A stretch of 64,000 bases of DNA from Escherichia coli (GCF_003334385.1 NZ_QOWN01000006.1), one strand, 5' to 3'. Shown: positions 16,305 to 32,494, numbered from the stretch's first letter. The notes: generated from the sequence alone by a model not told the origin. Numbers and translations: made by a program.

Positions 16305-18038
16305 GTGAATATTCAGGCTCTTCTCTCAGAAAAAGTCCGTCAGGCCATGATTGCGGCAGGCGCGCCTGCGGATTGCGAACCGCAGGTTCGTCAGTCAGCA
16401 AAAGTTCAGTTCGGCGACTATCAGGCTAACGGCATGATGGCAGTTGCTAAAAAACTGGGTATGGCACCGCGACAATTAGCAGAGCAGGTGCTGACTCATC
16501 TGGATCTTAACGGTATCGCCAGCAAAGTTGAGATCGCCGGTCCAGGCTTTATCAACATTTTCCTTGATCCGGCATTCCTGGCTGAACATGTTCAGCAGGC
16601 GCTGGCGTCCGATCGTCTCGGTGTTGCTACGCCAGAAAAACAGACCATTGTGGTTGACTACTCTGCGCCAAACGTGGCGAAAGAGATGCATGTCGGTCAC
16701 CTGCGCTCTACCATTATTGGTGACGCAGCAGTGCGTACTCTGGAGTTCCTCGGTCACAAAGTGATTCGCGCAAACCACGTCGGCGACTGGGGCACTCAGT
16801 TCGGTATGCTGATTGCATGGCTGGAAAAGCAGCAGCAGGAAAACGCCGGTGAAATGGAGCTGGCTGACCTTGAAGGTTTCTACCGCGATGCGAAAAAGCA
16901 TTACGATGAAGATGAAGAGTTCGCCGAGCGCGCACGTAACTACGTGGTAAAACTGCAAAGCGGTGACGAATATTTCCGCGAGATGTGGCGCAAACTGGTC
17001 GACATCACCATGACGCAGAACCAGATCACCTACGATCGTCTCAACGTGACGCTGACCCGTGATGACGTGATGGGCGAAAGCCTCTACAACCCGATGCTGC
17101 CAGGAATTGTGGCGGATCTCAAAGCCAAAGGTCTGGCAGTAGAAAGCGAAGGGGCGACCGTCGTATTCCTTGATGAGTTTAAAAACAAGGAAGGCGAACC
17201 GATGGGCGTGATCATTCAGAAGAAAGATGGCGGCTATCTCTACACCACCACTGATATCGCCTGTGCGAAATATCGTTATGAAACACTGCATGCCGATCGC
17301 GTGCTGTATTACATCGACTCCCGTCAGCATCAACACCTGATGCAGGCATGGGCGATCGTCCGTAAAGCAGGCTATGTACCGGAATCCGTACCGCTGGAAC
17401 ACCACATGTTCGGCATGATGCTGGGTAAAGACGGCAAACCGTTCAAAACCCGCGCGGGTGGTACAGTGAAACTGGCCGATCTGCTGGATGAAGCCCTGGA
17501 ACGTGCACGCCGTCTGGTGGCAGAAAAGAACCCGGATATGCCAGCCGACGAGCTGGAAAAACTGGCTAACGCGGTTGGTATTGGTGCGGTGAAATATGCG
17601 GATCTCTCCAAAAACCGCACCACGGACTACATCTTCGACTGGGACAACATGCTGGCGTTTGAGGGTAATACCGCGCCATACATGCAGTATGCATACACGC
17701 GTGTATTGTCCGTGTTCCGTAAAGCAGAAATTGACGAAGAGCAACTGGCTGCAGCTCCGGTTATCATCCGTGAAGATCGTGAAGCGCAACTGGCAGCTCG
17801 CCTGCTGCAGTTTGAAGAAACCCTCACCGTGGTTGCCCGTGAAGGCACGCCGCATGTAATGTGTGCTTACCTGTACGATCTGGCCGGTCTGTTCTCTGGC
17901 TTCTACGAGCACTGCCCGATCCTCAGCGCAGAAAACGAAGAAGTGCGTAACAGCCGTCTAAAACTGGCACAACTGACGGCGAAGACGCTGAAGCTGGGTC
18001 TGGATACGCTGGGTATTGAGACTGTAGAGCGTATGTAA
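16305..18038 (+). CDS. argS: Arginine--tRNA ligase
   Basis: 577-aa ORF with class I HIGH-type motif (HVGH) and a KMSK-like motif; recognised as ArgS. Confidence 0.97.
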   Translation: MNIQALLSEKVRQAMIAAGAPADCEPQVRQSAKVQFGDYQANGMMAVAKKLGMAPRQLAEQVLTHLDLNGIASKVEIAGPGFINIFLDPAFLAEHVQQALASDRLGVATPEKQTIVVDYSAPNVAKEMHVGHLRSTIIGDAAVRTLEFLGHKVIRANHVGDWGTQFGMLIAWLEKQQQENAGEMELADLEGFYRDAKKHYDEDEEFAERARNYVVKLQSGDEYFREMWRKLVDITMTQNQITYDRLNVTLTRDDVMGESLYNPMLPGIVADLKAKGLAVESEGATVVFLDEFKNKEGEPMGVIIQKKDGGYLYTTTDIACAKYRYETLHADRVLYYIDSRQHQHLMQAWAIVRKAGYVPESVPLEHHMFGMMLGKDGKPFKTRAGGTVKLADLLDEALERARRLVAEKNPDMPADELEKLANAVGIGAVKYADLSKNRTTDYIFDWDNMLAFEGNTAPYMQYAYTRVLSVFRKAEIDEEQLAAAPVIIREDREAQLAARLLQFEETLTVVAREGTPHVMCAYLYDLAGLFSGFYEHCPILSAENEEVRNSRLKLAQLTAKTLKLGLDTLGIETVERM

Positions 18039-18057
18039 TCGATTTTTCGTGAGAGTG

Positions 18058-18092
18058 AAGCCTGATCAGGGTTAGCCGATCAGGCTTTTTTA
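18058..18092 (+). terminator. Rho-independent terminator of argS
   Basis: gcctgatcagg-gttagcc-gatcaggc hairpin followed by ttttttatt. Confidence 0.85.
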
Positions 18093-18214
18093 TTGCCATC
18101 TAAATGTATTCTGAAAATGGACATGCCATTGTTTTCTCACTGTTGGATAAGAGGCCAGAAGCGTAATATCCGGCCCCAGGGAAACGATAACGGTTGAATT
18201 TAAGGAATACCGCA

Positions 18215-18703
18215 GTGTTTAAATTTCTTGTATTAACATTAGGCATTATCTCTTGCCAGGCTTACGCAGAAGATACGGTTATAGTAAACGACCATGACAT
18301 TTCAGCCATCAAAGATTGTTGGCAAAAAAATTCAGATGATGATACTGACGTTAACGTGATCAAATCATGCCTGCGACAAGAATACAATCTCGTCGATGCG
18401 CAATTAAATAAAGCCTATGGTGAAGCTTATCGTTATATAGAACAAGTGCCACGCACAGGTGTAAAAAAACCTGATACCGAACAACTTAACTTGCTTAAAA
18501 AATCACAGCGAGCCTGGCTGGATTTTAGGGACAAAGAATGTGAATTAATCCTTTCAAATGAGGACGTTCAGGATTTAAGTGACCCTTATTCTGAATCAGA
18601 ATGGCTCTCATGTATGATCATACAGACCAATACGCGAACTCGCCAGTTGCAGCTATACCGTAACTCTGAAGATTTTTATCCAAGCCCTTTGACAAGAGGA
18701 TAA
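18215..18703 (+). CDS. yecT: Uncharacterized secreted protein YecT (GTG start)
   Basis: GTG at 18215 preceded by aagga; product MFKFLVLTLGIISCQAYA has a signal peptide; about 162 aa. Confidence 0.8.
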   Translation: MFKFLVLTLGIISCQAYAEDTVIVNDHDISAIKDCWQKNSDDDTDVNVIKSCLRQEYNLVDAQLNKAYGEAYRYIEQVPRTGVKKPDTEQLNLLKKSQRAWLDFRDKECELILSNEDVQDLSDPYSESEWLSCMIIQTNTRTRQLQLYRNSEDFYPSPLTRG

Positions 18704-18822
18704 TTCACATCTTTTTGGCATGTTTTGTTGCAAGCTATTCCTGATAAATAATTGCAACAAGACATCGAGCCTTTTTCACTGAGTTATTAAACATACTCGC
18801 GAGCGCGTAATTTTTTTGTCCT

Positions 18823-19215
18823 TCAGCGATAATTCACAATCACTTCATTACGTTGTACCTTTAGCGGTGGAATTAACCGCCCACCGCCTGGCACTTCCCA
18901 GATAAATCGCAACGGTTCTGCTGCCGCTATACCGGAAAAGGCCACGGTGGTTCCGCTCTGCCCCTCTAATTCGACACAACGAGATTGCGAACACAAGCGA
19001 ACCCGCAGTCCTGAAGGTGTCGGGCCGATAAGCTGATAACGCCACGCTACCAGCGTCATCAATCCTGAAGCAGGTTGTCGCGTAGAAAGAGGCGCAGACG
19101 ACATCGACTCACCGCGATGATTTAGCGTAATTCCTACACTACTTGCCTGCCACATCCCCTCCCCGGCGGCTTGCACCAGCAGCGGAAACAATAATATTGC
19201 TAATAAGGTTCTCAT
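18823..19215 (-). CDS. flhE: Flagellar protein FlhE
   Basis: 130-aa ORF with signal peptide, directly downstream of flhA. Confidence 0.93.
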   Translation of the reverse strand: MRTLLAILLFPLLVQAAGEGMWQASSVGITLNHRGESMSSAPLSTRQPASGLMTLVAWRYQLIGPTPSGLRVRLCSQSRCVELEGQSGTTVAFSGIAAAEPLRFIWEVPGGGRLIPPLKVQRNEVIVNYR

Positions 19216-21293
19216 TATTTGCCGCCAATTGTCGCCGTCATGCGGATATGTCGGTTATCAGACAGTTCCAGATTCGACAGGACCACTAACTGCGGCAAGC
19301 TGCGGCGCAGGAAGCGAGACAATAATGGTCGCAGCGCGTGGTTCACCAACAATACTGGCGGCGCACCCAGCATCTCCTGACGGGATAGCGCTTCCTGAGT
19401 TTGCGCCAGTAAACGATCCGCCAGCCCTGGCTCCAGTCCTCCCCCGCCCTGCAGCGCCTGTAGTAACAAACGTTCCAGCGGTGTATCGAGGCCAATAACA
19501 TGGACTTCATCTTTGCCAGGAAACCACTGCTGGGTAATCGCCCGTCCCAACGCCACGCGCACGACGGCGGTTAATTCATGTGGATCGCTTTGGATGGGCG
19601 CATGTTCCGCCAGCGTTTCGAGAATGGTGCGCATATCGCGAATCGGTACTTTTTCATCGAGGAGATTTTGCAGCACTTTATGCAGTGTGGTGAGCGTGAC
19701 GACGCCAGGAACGAGATCTTCCGTCAGCTTTGGCATCTCCTGGGCGACGCGATCCAACAGCTGTTGCGCCTCCTGACGACCAAACAGCTCTGCGGCATGC
19801 TGGCTAATGAGGTGGTTAAGATGCGTTGCTACCACCGTGCTGGCCTCAACCACTGTGTACCCCTGAATCTGCGCCTGTTCTTTTAGCGCACTTTCAATCC
19901 AGATAGCATTCAGGCCAAATGCCGGATCGACGGTCGCCTCACCAGGTAACGTCCCGGCAGCGGTTCCAGGGTTAATCGCCAGCCAGCGCCCCGGATAAGC
20001 ATCACCACTGCCAATCTCCACGCCTTTCATCAAAATGCGATAGCGGGCAGGTTGCAGATCCATATTGTCGCGAATGTGCACCACTGGCGGCAGAAATCCC
20101 ATCTCCTGGGCAAATTTCTTGCGGATACTGCGTATACGGCCCAACAACTCACCATCCTGCTGGAAATCGACCATCGGGATCAGTCGATAACCCACTTCCA
20201 TTCCCAGAGAATCTTCCAGTTGTACATCGTTCCACGTCGCTTCGACAACGGTATTATTCTCTGCCATTTTTACCGGTTTGGGTTCGGCAGGCGCTTTTTG
20301 TTCGCGTCCGCGTATCCACCAGGCCAGCCCGAGCAATCCGGCAGTGAACAGCAAAAATACCAGGTTCGGCATTCCAGGCACCAGGCCGAGTAAACCGAGC
20401 ACGGCGGCGCTTAACAACATAACGCTTGGGTTACTGAAAAGCTGATTCACCATCTGCTCGCCAACATCCTGATCGGTGCTGACACGCGTAACGATGACCC
20501 CCGCGGCGGTAGAAATCACCAGCGCCGGAATTTGTGCCACCAGACCGTCGCCAATGGTCAATAGCGTATAACTTTCCGCCGCGTGTCCCATGCTCATGCC
20601 ATGTTGCAGCACGCCGACCAGCAACCCGCCGACAATGTTAATGACCATGATGAGGATCCCGGCGATGGCATCGCCGCGAACAAACTTACTTGCCCCGTCC
20701 ATTGAGCCGTAAAAATCGGCTTCCTGAGTCACTTCGGAGCGGCGTTTTTTCGCCTCATCTTCACCAATCAATCCGGCGTTAAGGTCGGCGTCAATCGCCA
20801 TCTGCTTACCCGGCATACCATCGAGAACAAAGCGCGCACCCACTTCTGCGATACGCCCGGCACCTTTGGTAATGACCATAAAGTTGATGATCACGAGAAT
20901 GACAAACACCACGATACCGATAGCGAAATTGCCACCAACGAGGAAGTGACCGAACGCTTCGACCACCTTCCCTGCCGCCGCCGCGCCGGTATGCCCTTCC
21001 ATTAAAATGATACGGGTTGAAGCCACGTTAAGTGCCAGACGCAACAGCGTGGTAAACAACAGAATGGTCGGAAACGCAGCAAACTCAAGCGTGCGCTGGG
21101 TAAACATCGCCACCAGCAACACCATGATCGACAAGGCAATATTGAAGGTAAACAACAGGTCGAGTATGAATGCGGGCAGTGGCAGCACCATCATCGACAA
21201 GATCAACAGGATCAAAATCGGTCCGGCAAGGATCTGCCATTGTGTCGATTTCAGGTTTGCGGGCAGGCGCAGCATCGCGGCCAGATTACTCAT
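19215..21293 (-). CDS. flhA: Flagellar export apparatus protein FlhA
   Basis: Start set at ATG 21293 (MSNLAAMLRLPANLKSTQWQ), 692 aa; recognised as FlhA. Confidence 0.96.
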   Translation of the reverse strand: MSNLAAMLRLPANLKSTQWQILAGPILILLILSMMVLPLPAFILDLLFTFNIALSIMVLLVAMFTQRTLEFAAFPTILLFTTLLRLALNVASTRIILMEGHTGAAAAGKVVEAFGHFLVGGNFAIGIVVFVILVIINFMVITKGAGRIAEVGARFVLDGMPGKQMAIDADLNAGLIGEDEAKKRRSEVTQEADFYGSMDGASKFVRGDAIAGILIMVINIVGGLLVGVLQHGMSMGHAAESYTLLTIGDGLVAQIPALVISTAAGVIVTRVSTDQDVGEQMVNQLFSNPSVMLLSAAVLGLLGLVPGMPNLVFLLFTAGLLGLAWWIRGREQKAPAEPKPVKMAENNTVVEATWNDVQLEDSLGMEVGYRLIPMVDFQQDGELLGRIRSIRKKFAQEMGFLPPVVHIRDNMDLQPARYRILMKGVEIGSGDAYPGRWLAINPGTAAGTLPGEATVDPAFGLNAIWIESALKEQAQIQGYTVVEASTVVATHLNHLISQHAAELFGRQEAQQLLDRVAQEMPKLTEDLVPGVVTLTTLHKVLQNLLDEKVPIRDMRTILETLAEHAPIQSDPHELTAVVRVALGRAITQQWFPGKDEVHVIGLDTPLERLLLQALQGGGGLEPGLADRLLAQTQEALSRQEMLGAPPVLLVNHALRPLLSRFLRRSLPQLVVLSNLELSDNRHIRMTATIGGK

Positions 21294-22434
21294 GGGTCGG
21301 TTTCTCGTTAATAAAATCCAGGGCTTCCGGCACCGGAAGATGAGTAGGTTGTACAGGGCGCTGTCCACCAGCCAGACGCCAGCGTTTCAGTTGCCAGACC
21401 CAGGCCAGCACTTCCGCCACCGCGGCGTACAGTTGACCCGGGATTTGTTGACCAATCTCCGCATGTCGATACAGCGCTCGCGCCAGCGGCGGCGCTTCAA
21501 GCGTCGGGACGTTATTTTCAGCGCCAATTTCACGAATGCGCAGCGCGACCAGCCCTGCACCTTTAGCGACCACTTTCGGTGCGCTCATTTTGTTTTCGTC
21601 ATACTGCAACGCTACCGAATAGTGGGTCGGGTTATTGACAATGACATCCGCTTTCGGCACATCGGCCATCATCCGACGCCGTGCAGCAGCTCGCTGCATC
21701 TGACGGATCCGCCCTTTAACATGAGGGTCACCTTCGCTTTGTTTGAACTCATCACGAATATCCTGCCGTGACATACGCAGCTTTTTCAGGTGGCTGAATA
21801 TTTGGAAAAAGACGTCAAATCCCACCATTGGAATGACACCAAGCACCACCAGCAGTGCGCATAGCCCTACCAAATCCATCGCATTACCCATGGCGGTAAT
21901 CGGAGACTCGGCCATCAAGCGCATCATCTGCGGCCAGTGATGCCAGAGAAAAAACCCCGTCACGCTGCCAACCAGGATGGTTTTCAAAATTGCTTTAAGC
22001 AACTCCGCGCCAGTCTGAGCCGAGAACATCCGTTTAATGCCCGGTAGCGGGTTGAGTTTGGAAAACTTCGGCTGCAAGGATTTGCCGCTAAATACCAGCC
22101 CTCCCAGCATGACCGGAGAAATGAGCGCCACCAGCACCACGCCGCTAATCAGCGGCAGCAGCGCCAGCATGGCTTCTCTGATCAGCAGAATAATCTGCCC
22201 GAGGATCAGATTCGGGTCATTGATAATACTGTGATCAAAATGCAGCCCAGCGGAGAGCATGCCCGACAATCGACGGGCCAGCGACACCCCGCCAAACCAG
22301 ATAACACTAACGCCCACCAGCAAAATCAGCAGTGAGGTCAGTTCACGGGAACGCGGGATTTGCCCCTCTTCCCGCGCTTTTTCTAGTCGGTGAGGTGTGG
22401 GGGCTTCTGTTTTGTCGTCGCTCTCGTCAGACAC
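21286..22434 (-). CDS. flhB: Flagellar export apparatus protein FlhB
   Basis: 382-aa ORF beginning MSDESDDKTEAPTPHRLEKAREEGQIPRS; overlaps the flhA start by 8 nt. Confidence 0.96.
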   Translation of the reverse strand: MSDESDDKTEAPTPHRLEKAREEGQIPRSRELTSLLILLVGVSVIWFGGVSLARRLSGMLSAGLHFDHSIINDPNLILGQIILLIREAMLALLPLISGVVLVALISPVMLGGLVFSGKSLQPKFSKLNPLPGIKRMFSAQTGAELLKAILKTILVGSVTGFFLWHHWPQMMRLMAESPITAMGNAMDLVGLCALLVVLGVIPMVGFDVFFQIFSHLKKLRMSRQDIRDEFKQSEGDPHVKGRIRQMQRAAARRRMMADVPKADVIVNNPTHYSVALQYDENKMSAPKVVAKGAGLVALRIREIGAENNVPTLEAPPLARALYRHAEIGQQIPGQLYAAVAEVLAWVWQLKRWRLAGGQRPVQPTHLPVPEALDFINEKPTHE

Positions 22435-22563
22435 GTCGCCAATCCTGGAAAGAGTATTAAGCGTGAATGATGCCAGAGCGCAAAGCGTTCAATGGTTTGA
22501 GTAAGGGGCAAAACAGGCGGGATTTAGGGCTTTTGCTGCCACACATCAAGCATAGTGTGCGTT

Positions 22564-22628
22564 TGTCGGATGCGGCGTCATCGCCTTATCAGACCGCCTG
22601 ATATGACGTGGTCACGCCACATCAGGCA
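22564..22628. repeat. REP-like palindromic element downstream of cheZ
   Basis: tgtcggatgcggcgtcatcgccttatcagacc followed by an imperfect palindrome. Confidence 0.6.
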
Positions 22629-22635
22629 ATACAAA

Positions 22636-23280
22636 TCAAAATCCAAGACTATCCAACAAATCGTCCACCTGATCCTGACTGGCTACCACACCGGCTTTGC
22701 TGGTATCGACCTGAGGTCCATTAAGCAAACTCTGGTTTTCACGTTTTGGACGCGACTCCTGTTCCGGGATGTTTTCCAACAGCACCATCAGCAACTGGCG
22801 TTCGATCTCCTGAATGACATCCATCATCCGCTTAATGACCTGCCCGGTGAGATCCTGAAAATCCTGCGCCATCATGATTTCCAGCAGTTGCGCGTTAGTA
22901 AAGCTGGTATGCGCGGGTACATCTGCCAGAAATTGTCGTGTATCTGTTACCAGTTCACGGGCGTCGGCAAGGTCAATCGGATCGGCAAACCAGTCATCCC
23001 AACGTTGGGTTAACGCTTTTGCTGATTTCTCCATTTGATCCTGATGCGGTTGTGACGCCTCAACACTGTTCAGCGCCCGCTCCGCAGCCTGGGCGGTCAT
23101 CTGCACAACATAGTACAAACGATCGCGCGCATCGGGGATGGCTTCCGCCGCTTCGGCAATGGCCTGATCCAGCCCCAGTTCCCGCAAACTGTCGCGCAGC
23201 ATACGCGTCAGGCTGCCGATGCGCGCAATGATATCGCCAGCTGAATGCTCGTCAGCAGGTTTGATTGATGGTTGCATCAT
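22636..23280 (-). CDS. cheZ: Chemotaxis phosphatase CheZ
   Basis: Start set at ATG 23280 ([24 protein letters not shown]), 214 aa. Confidence 0.95.
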
Positions 23281-23290
23281 AGTCGCATCC

Positions 23291-24744
<1,454 letters not shown>

Positions 24745-24746
24745 CG

Positions 24747-25607
24747 TTAATCCTTACTTAGCGCATACACCGTCTGACCACGCAGCGTGAAGCGGCGCTC
24801 AAGGTGGCTAAAGTTTTCAGAGTGACCCGCAAACAGCAATCCGTCGGGTTTAAGGAGCGGAACAAAGCGGCGCAAAATCTCCTGCTGGGTAGTTTGATCG
24901 AAGTAGATCATGACGTTACGACAGAAGATCGCATCAAACGGCCCCGGCACGGTGTACTGTTTCGCCAGTAGATTCAGCGGGGCAAAATCAACATAGTTCG
25001 CCAGCTCCTGACGCACGCGTACCAGCCCTTCATGCGGCCCCGTCCCTCGCATGAAATACCGTTGCAGTTGCTGCGGCGTCAGGTTTTTCAACTCTTCATG
25101 GCGATAGATACCGCTTCTGGCTTTTTCCAGCACTTCGGTGTCGATATCACTGGCAAACACTTTCCAGCGTCCGGGCGCGGTGCCCAATGTGTCAGCCAGC
25201 GTCATCGCAATGCTGTACGGCTCTTCGCCGGTCGAAGCCGCCGCGCTCCATACGCGATACTCGCCAGAACGGCGACGTGCGTGATCCGCGAGCAGAGGGA
25301 AATGATGTGCCTCACGGAAAAATGCCGTCAGATTCGTGGTCAGCGAATTGATAAACGCCTGCCACTCACCGCTGTGCTGATTAGATTCCAGCAAGTTCAG
25401 ATAATGACCGAAATCCGTCAGTCCCAGCGAACGCAAACGACGAACCAGTCGGTTGTAAACCATGTCGCGTTTATGGTCAGCCAGAACGATCCCGGCTCGT
25501 TGATAGATCAATTGACTTATCCGCCGAAAATGCGCGTCGGAAAGCGCCAGGCGCTCGGTCATCTGTAACAATAAAGACGTTTGCCCACAGGGCAGAGATG
25601 AAGTCAT
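24747..25607 (-). CDS. cheR: Chemotaxis methyltransferase CheR
   Basis: 286-aa ORF; 2-nt gap to cheB. Confidence 0.96.
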   Translation of the reverse strand: MTSSLPCGQTSLLLQMTERLALSDAHFRRISQLIYQRAGIVLADHKRDMVYNRLVRRLRSLGLTDFGHYLNLLESNQHSGEWQAFINSLTTNLTAFFREAHHFPLLADHARRRSGEYRVWSAAASTGEEPYSIAMTLADTLGTAPGRWKVFASDIDTEVLEKARSGIYRHEELKNLTPQQLQRYFMRGTGPHEGLVRVRQELANYVDFAPLNLLAKQYTVPGPFDAIFCRNVMIYFDQTTQQEILRRFVPLLKPDGLLFAGHSENFSHLERRFTLRGQTVYALSKD

Positions 25608-25625
25608 AGCGCCTTCTCAATCACT

Positions 25626-27227
25626 TCAGGATACCACTGGCGCAATTTGTAACTGCACCGACTCATGTCGTGCTACTTCATGTTCTTCAAGGGTAAATAC
25701 CGCCACACGCGACGAAAGATGGTCGGCCTGATTCGCCAGTTGTTCCGTTGCCACCGCCGCTTCTTCTACCAGCGAGGCGTTCTGCTGAGTCACCTGATCC
25801 ATCTGGCTGACAGCCTGTGCAACCTGCTCAATCCCCCGCTGTTGTTCTTCCGACGCAGAGGCAATTTCTCCCATAATGTCGTTCACGCGGGTCACCGAAC
25901 TGACAATATCGATCATGGTCGCGGCGGCGTTATTCACCAGTTTCGAACCCTGCTGGACACGATTGACTGACTCTTCGATCAGCCCTTTGATCTCTTTTGC
26001 TGCCTGCGCGCTACGGCTGGCAAGATTGCGCACTTCACCTGCCACTACCGCAAAACCACGCCCCTGCTCTCCGGCGCGAGCCGCTTCCACTGCCGCATTC
26101 AGGGCCAGAATATTGGTCTGGAAAGCAATTCCGTCGATAACGCTGATAATGTCGCCAATTTTTTGCGAGCTGGTGGCGATCTCCTGCATGGTGTGAGTCA
26201 TGGTACTGACCTGAACACCGCCCGCCTGCGCCGTTGTCGCGGCATTTTTTGCCAGTTCCGACGCCTGTCGTGCGTTATCGGCGTTTTGCCCTACCGTGGC
26301 GGTTAATTGCTCCATACTGGCGGCCGTTTGTGCCAGCGATGCCGCCTGCTGTTCGGTACGACTTGAGAGATCGTTATTGCCTGCGACAATCTCCGCGATA
26401 CCAATGTGCATCTCCTGGCTTCCCTTACGCACATCACTTACCGTCCCACGCAAAGCCTGCTGCATGGTCTTCAGACTGGCAAAAATGGCGGTGATCTCAT
26501 TACGACCATATACCGCAATCGGACGCGCCAGATTACCCGCAGCAATGCTGTCAAAATGGCTACCGATAATGGCCAGTGGTTGAACAATCATCTTGCGCGT
26601 CCACCACAGCGCACTGCTGATGTAGATCGCCGCAACAATAATCATGCTGATAAACACCAGTGCCGAAATCTGATAGTTACGCTGGCTTTGCGCACTGGCG
26701 GCTTCCAGCACATGGTTGATCTCCAGCTGCCAGGCCTCAAAGTTAACGTCAAACGCATTCTGTGATCCCTGCACCGGCGCAGTGAGGAAATCCGAAAGTT
26801 GATTACTTTCAAGCCAGGTCGCCTGATGTTCGAGATCGTTGTGCCAGCGGGCAAAACTTTTCTCCGTCTCTTTTTGCAATCCCCTGACGTGCTCGTTGCC
26901 CGCAGTCATCGCCATAAAACTTTTAAACAGCGTGGTGGATTGCGTCAGACTGGCGCGCGCCGTCGTCATCAACGTTTTAATGTCATCCGCCGGATAGCTA
27001 AGTGCCGTCAGAGTGCCCGCTTTGTTCAGCGCGGTACTGGCCTGTAACATTACCGCCCGAGTTTGCGCTAATGCCGCACGTTGCTGATTGCTCTGCTCGA
27101 CCTGATTCAGTCGTTGCAAATCGTCGCGAAATGCCCAAAAAGACATGCCGTTACTGCCAATCTGCAAGATCCCGCAGAGAATCAAAATTAAAAACAGCGT
27201 GGTCGAAATTCGAATACGATTAAACAT
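25626..27227 (-). CDS. tap: Methyl-accepting chemotaxis protein Tap (dipeptide sensor)
   Basis: About 533 aa from ATG 27227 (MFNRIRISTTLFLIL); shares the conserved MCP signalling domain with the adjacent tar. Confidence 0.93.
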   Translation of the reverse strand: MFNRIRISTTLFLILILCGILQIGSNGMSFWAFRDDLQRLNQVEQSNQQRAALAQTRAVMLQASTALNKAGTLTALSYPADDIKTLMTTARASLTQSTTLFKSFMAMTAGNEHVRGLQKETEKSFARWHNDLEHQATWLESNQLSDFLTAPVQGSQNAFDVNFEAWQLEINHVLEAASAQSQRNYQISALVFISMIIVAAIYISSALWWTRKMIVQPLAIIGSHFDSIAAGNLARPIAVYGRNEITAIFASLKTMQQALRGTVSDVRKGSQEMHIGIAEIVAGNNDLSSRTEQQAASLAQTAASMEQLTATVGQNADNARQASELAKNAATTAQAGGVQVSTMTHTMQEIATSSQKIGDIISVIDGIAFQTNILALNAAVEAARAGEQGRGFAVVAGEVRNLASRSAQAAKEIKGLIEESVNRVQQGSKLVNNAAATMIDIVSSVTRVNDIMGEIASASEEQQRGIEQVAQAVSQMDQVTQQNASLVEEAAVATEQLANQADHLSSRVAVFTLEEHEVARHESVQLQIAPVVS

Positions 27228-27272
27228 CAACGCTCCCCATCAGGCGGCAATGACCGCGTTAGTAAATACTCG

Positions 27273-28934
27273 TCAAAATGTTTCCCAGTTTGGATCTTGT
27301 TCAGCAATTCGCAGTCGTGGCTGAGCCGGTGGTTGCTCACTGGCAGGACGGGATGGTGTTTGCGGTTTATTGGTGAGTGGGCTGGCTGCCAGACGGAACG
27401 CGGAAACTGCTTGCGTTAAACGACTCGCCTGTTCTTCCAGCGCAGCGGCGGCGGCAGCTGATTCCTGCACCAGCGATGCGTTCTGTTGCGTGACGCGATC
27501 CATTTCCGAAACCGCCAATGCGACTTGATCGATGCCACGGCTCTGTTCATCCGATGCCGATGCAATCTCGCCCATAATGTCAGTCACGCGAGTGACAGCA
27601 TTGACGATATTGTTCATTGTTTCCCCGGCGCTTTCGACCAGCACCGAACCGGTATCAACGCGTGAGACGGAGTCTTCAATGAGGGCTTTGATCTCTTTTG
27701 CCGCCTGGGCGCTGCGACTGGCAAGATTACGCACTTCACCCGCCACCACGGCAAAACCACGGCCCTGTTCACCCGCACGCGCGGCTTCAACCGCGGCATT
27801 CAGCGCGAGGATATTAGTCTGGAAGGCAATACCGTCGATAACGCTGATAATGTCGGCAATTTTCTTCGAACTATCGGCGATCTCATGCATCGTTTTCACT
27901 ACGCCATCCACCACTTTGCCGCCGTGCTGGGCGGTGTCGGAGGCACTTTGCGCCAGTTGCGAGGCCTGGCGGGCGTTATCGGCGTTTTGCTTCACTGTCG
28001 CGGTGAGCTGCTCCATGCTGGCGGCAGTTTCTTCCAGCGCGGATGCCTGCTGTTCAGTACGGGAGGAAAGATCGGTGTTGCCCGCCGCAATTTCACGGGT
28101 ACCGGCATAGATGGCATCTGAACCTTCGCGGACATGAGTGACGGTGTCAGTCAAAGAGCGTTGCATATGTGAAACGCTCTGCGCCAGGTCGCCCATTTCA
28201 CTGCGCCCGTCAATGGTCAGGGTATTCGCCAGGTTACCACCGGCGATTTCGCGAATGTGAGCAATAATTTTTGCCAGCGGAGTAAGCAACATACGGCGAA
28301 TGCCGTACCACGCCACCAGCAGAATCAATACCACCACCAGCGCGATAACCGCCAGTTGCCACTGGGCAAATCGGTAATCATCTGCGTTGTCAGTGACGAT
28401 ATCGCGATACAGTTTTTCACTGCTGAGGGCGTACTGAGCAAACGCTTCGCCCATTGCATTTTGCATTCCCTGGGTTGGCTGAGCGAAATAAGCTCCAGTA
28501 TTGCCATAATCTAGATAATCAATCAGTTCAGTTAACGCTGTGTAATAGTTTTTATATTTTTCATCAATATTACGACTGGTAGCGACCATTTCAGGTAACG
28601 GTGCCATGCTTTTGAATTTTTTATAATGCGTCGCTGCCTGCGCCAATGTTTTCCTGGCGCTATCGAGCAATTCAACTTTGGCGTTACTTTGTTGATTGGA
28701 GGAATCCATCATCATCCGTACCGCTGAACGACTCAGGTTAATGCGCGTTTGCAGCATTAAATCCCAGGTTGACGTCAGCTCGCCCTGCTGTTCCCGTAAT
28801 TGATTGGAAACCACAAAGCTCTTCTGGCTATGGTGAAGGGAAGAAAAAAACAGACTGCCGGAAATAAGCTGTAACAGTGCGAATACCCCCAGCACCATTA
28901 CCAACAGCGTGACTACGCGGATACGGTTAATCAT
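27273..28934 (-). CDS. tar: Methyl-accepting chemotaxis protein Tar (aspartate sensor)
   Basis: Start set at ATG 28934 ([22 protein letters not shown]), 553 aa; C-terminal NWETF pentapeptide present. Confidence 0.95.
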   Translation of the reverse strand: MINRIRVVTLLVMVLGVFALLQLISGSLFFSSLHHSQKSFVVSNQLREQQGELTSTWDLMLQTRINLSRSAVRMMMDSSNQQSNAKVELLDSARKTLAQAATHYKKFKSMAPLPEMVATSRNIDEKYKNYYTALTELIDYLDYGNTGAYFAQPTQGMQNAMGEAFAQYALSSEKLYRDIVTDNADDYRFAQWQLAVIALVVVLILLVAWYGIRRMLLTPLAKIIAHIREIAGGNLANTLTIDGRSEMGDLAQSVSHMQRSLTDTVTHVREGSDAIYAGTREIAAGNTDLSSRTEQQASALEETAASMEQLTATVKQNADNARQASQLAQSASDTAQHGGKVVDGVVKTMHEIADSSKKIADIISVIDGIAFQTNILALNAAVEAARAGEQGRGFAVVAGEVRNLASRSAQAAKEIKALIEDSVSRVDTGSVLVESAGETMNNIVNAVTRVTDIMGEIASASDEQSRGIDQVALAVSEMDRVTQQNASLVQESAAAAAALEEQASRLTQAVSAFRLAASPLTNKPQTPSRPASEQPPAQPRLRIAEQDPNWETF

Positions 28935-28965
28935 AAGGCACCTTCCTGAAAACAAGTTGATCTCG

Positions 28966-28992
28966 TTATCGGCAAGGAGGGGGGAAACTTTA
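28966..28992 (-). promoter_or_regulatory. Sigma-28 promoter of the tar-tap-cheRBYZ operon
   Basis: Minus strand reads TAAAGTTT, 11-nt spacer, GCCGATAA, about 30 bp upstream of the tar ATG. Confidence 0.85.
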
Positions 28993-29023
28993 TTGCTGAT
29001 GCCACCCGCCGCGAAATTGAAAT

Positions 29024-29052
29024 AAAAAACCCGATGCGCAGATCATCGGGTT
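29024..29052 (-). terminator. Rho-independent terminator downstream of cheW
   Basis: Minus strand: cccgatg-atctgcg-catcggg hairpin followed by ttttttatttc. Confidence 0.7.
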
Positions 29053-29078
29053 CATTTCAATTGAGGAAATCGGGAGAA

Positions 29079-29582
29079 TTACGCCACTTCTGACGCCGCG
29101 CTATCTAACAGCGCCATCTCTTCGCTGTTCAGCAGTTTTTCGATGTTCACCAGAATCAACATCCGGTCGCCCAGTGCGCCCAGTCCAGTGAGATATTCTG
29201 TTGAAAGCGTCACGGCAAATTCCGGTGCCGGACGAATTTGCTCCGCCGTCAATGAAAGCACGTCTGAGACGCCGTCAACCACGATGCCGACCACCCGCTG
29301 TCCGAGATTCAGGACGATAACTACCGTGTTGTCGTTATAGTCCACATCCACCTGGCTGAACTTAATTCGTAAGTCAACAATCGGCACAATAACGCCGCGC
29401 AGATTCGTGACGCCTTTGATAAACGCTGGCGTGTTCGCAATCCGTGTTACCTGATCGTAGCCACGGATCTCCTGCACTTTCAGGATATCAATACCGTACT
29501 CTTCATCACCAAGGGTAAATACCAGAAATTCCTGGCCTGACGGCTCGCTGGCCAGCTTTGTTACATTCGTCATACCGGTCAT
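29079..29582 (-). CDS. cheW: Chemotaxis coupling protein CheW
   Basis: 167-aa ORF beginning [32 protein letters not shown]. Confidence 0.97.
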
Positions 29583-29602
29583 ATTGTTACCTTTTTACTC
29601 AT

Positions 29603-32494
<2,892 letters not shown>

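Noticed and set aside
16476-17912. 478-aa ORF on the minus strand, antisense to argS.
   Set aside because: Shadow ORF fully nested in argS, with a biased cysteine/histidine-rich composition and no plausible start context.
18721-18765. Inverted repeat (ttgttgcaa...ttgcaacaa) between convergent yecT and flhE, considered as a bidirectional terminator.
   Set aside because: AT-rich stem with a long loop and no clear U-tract; too weak to annotate.
21007-21771. 254-aa plus-strand ORF spanning the flhA/flhB junction antisense.
   Set aside because: Antisense to two well-supported flagellar export genes; no independent start signals.
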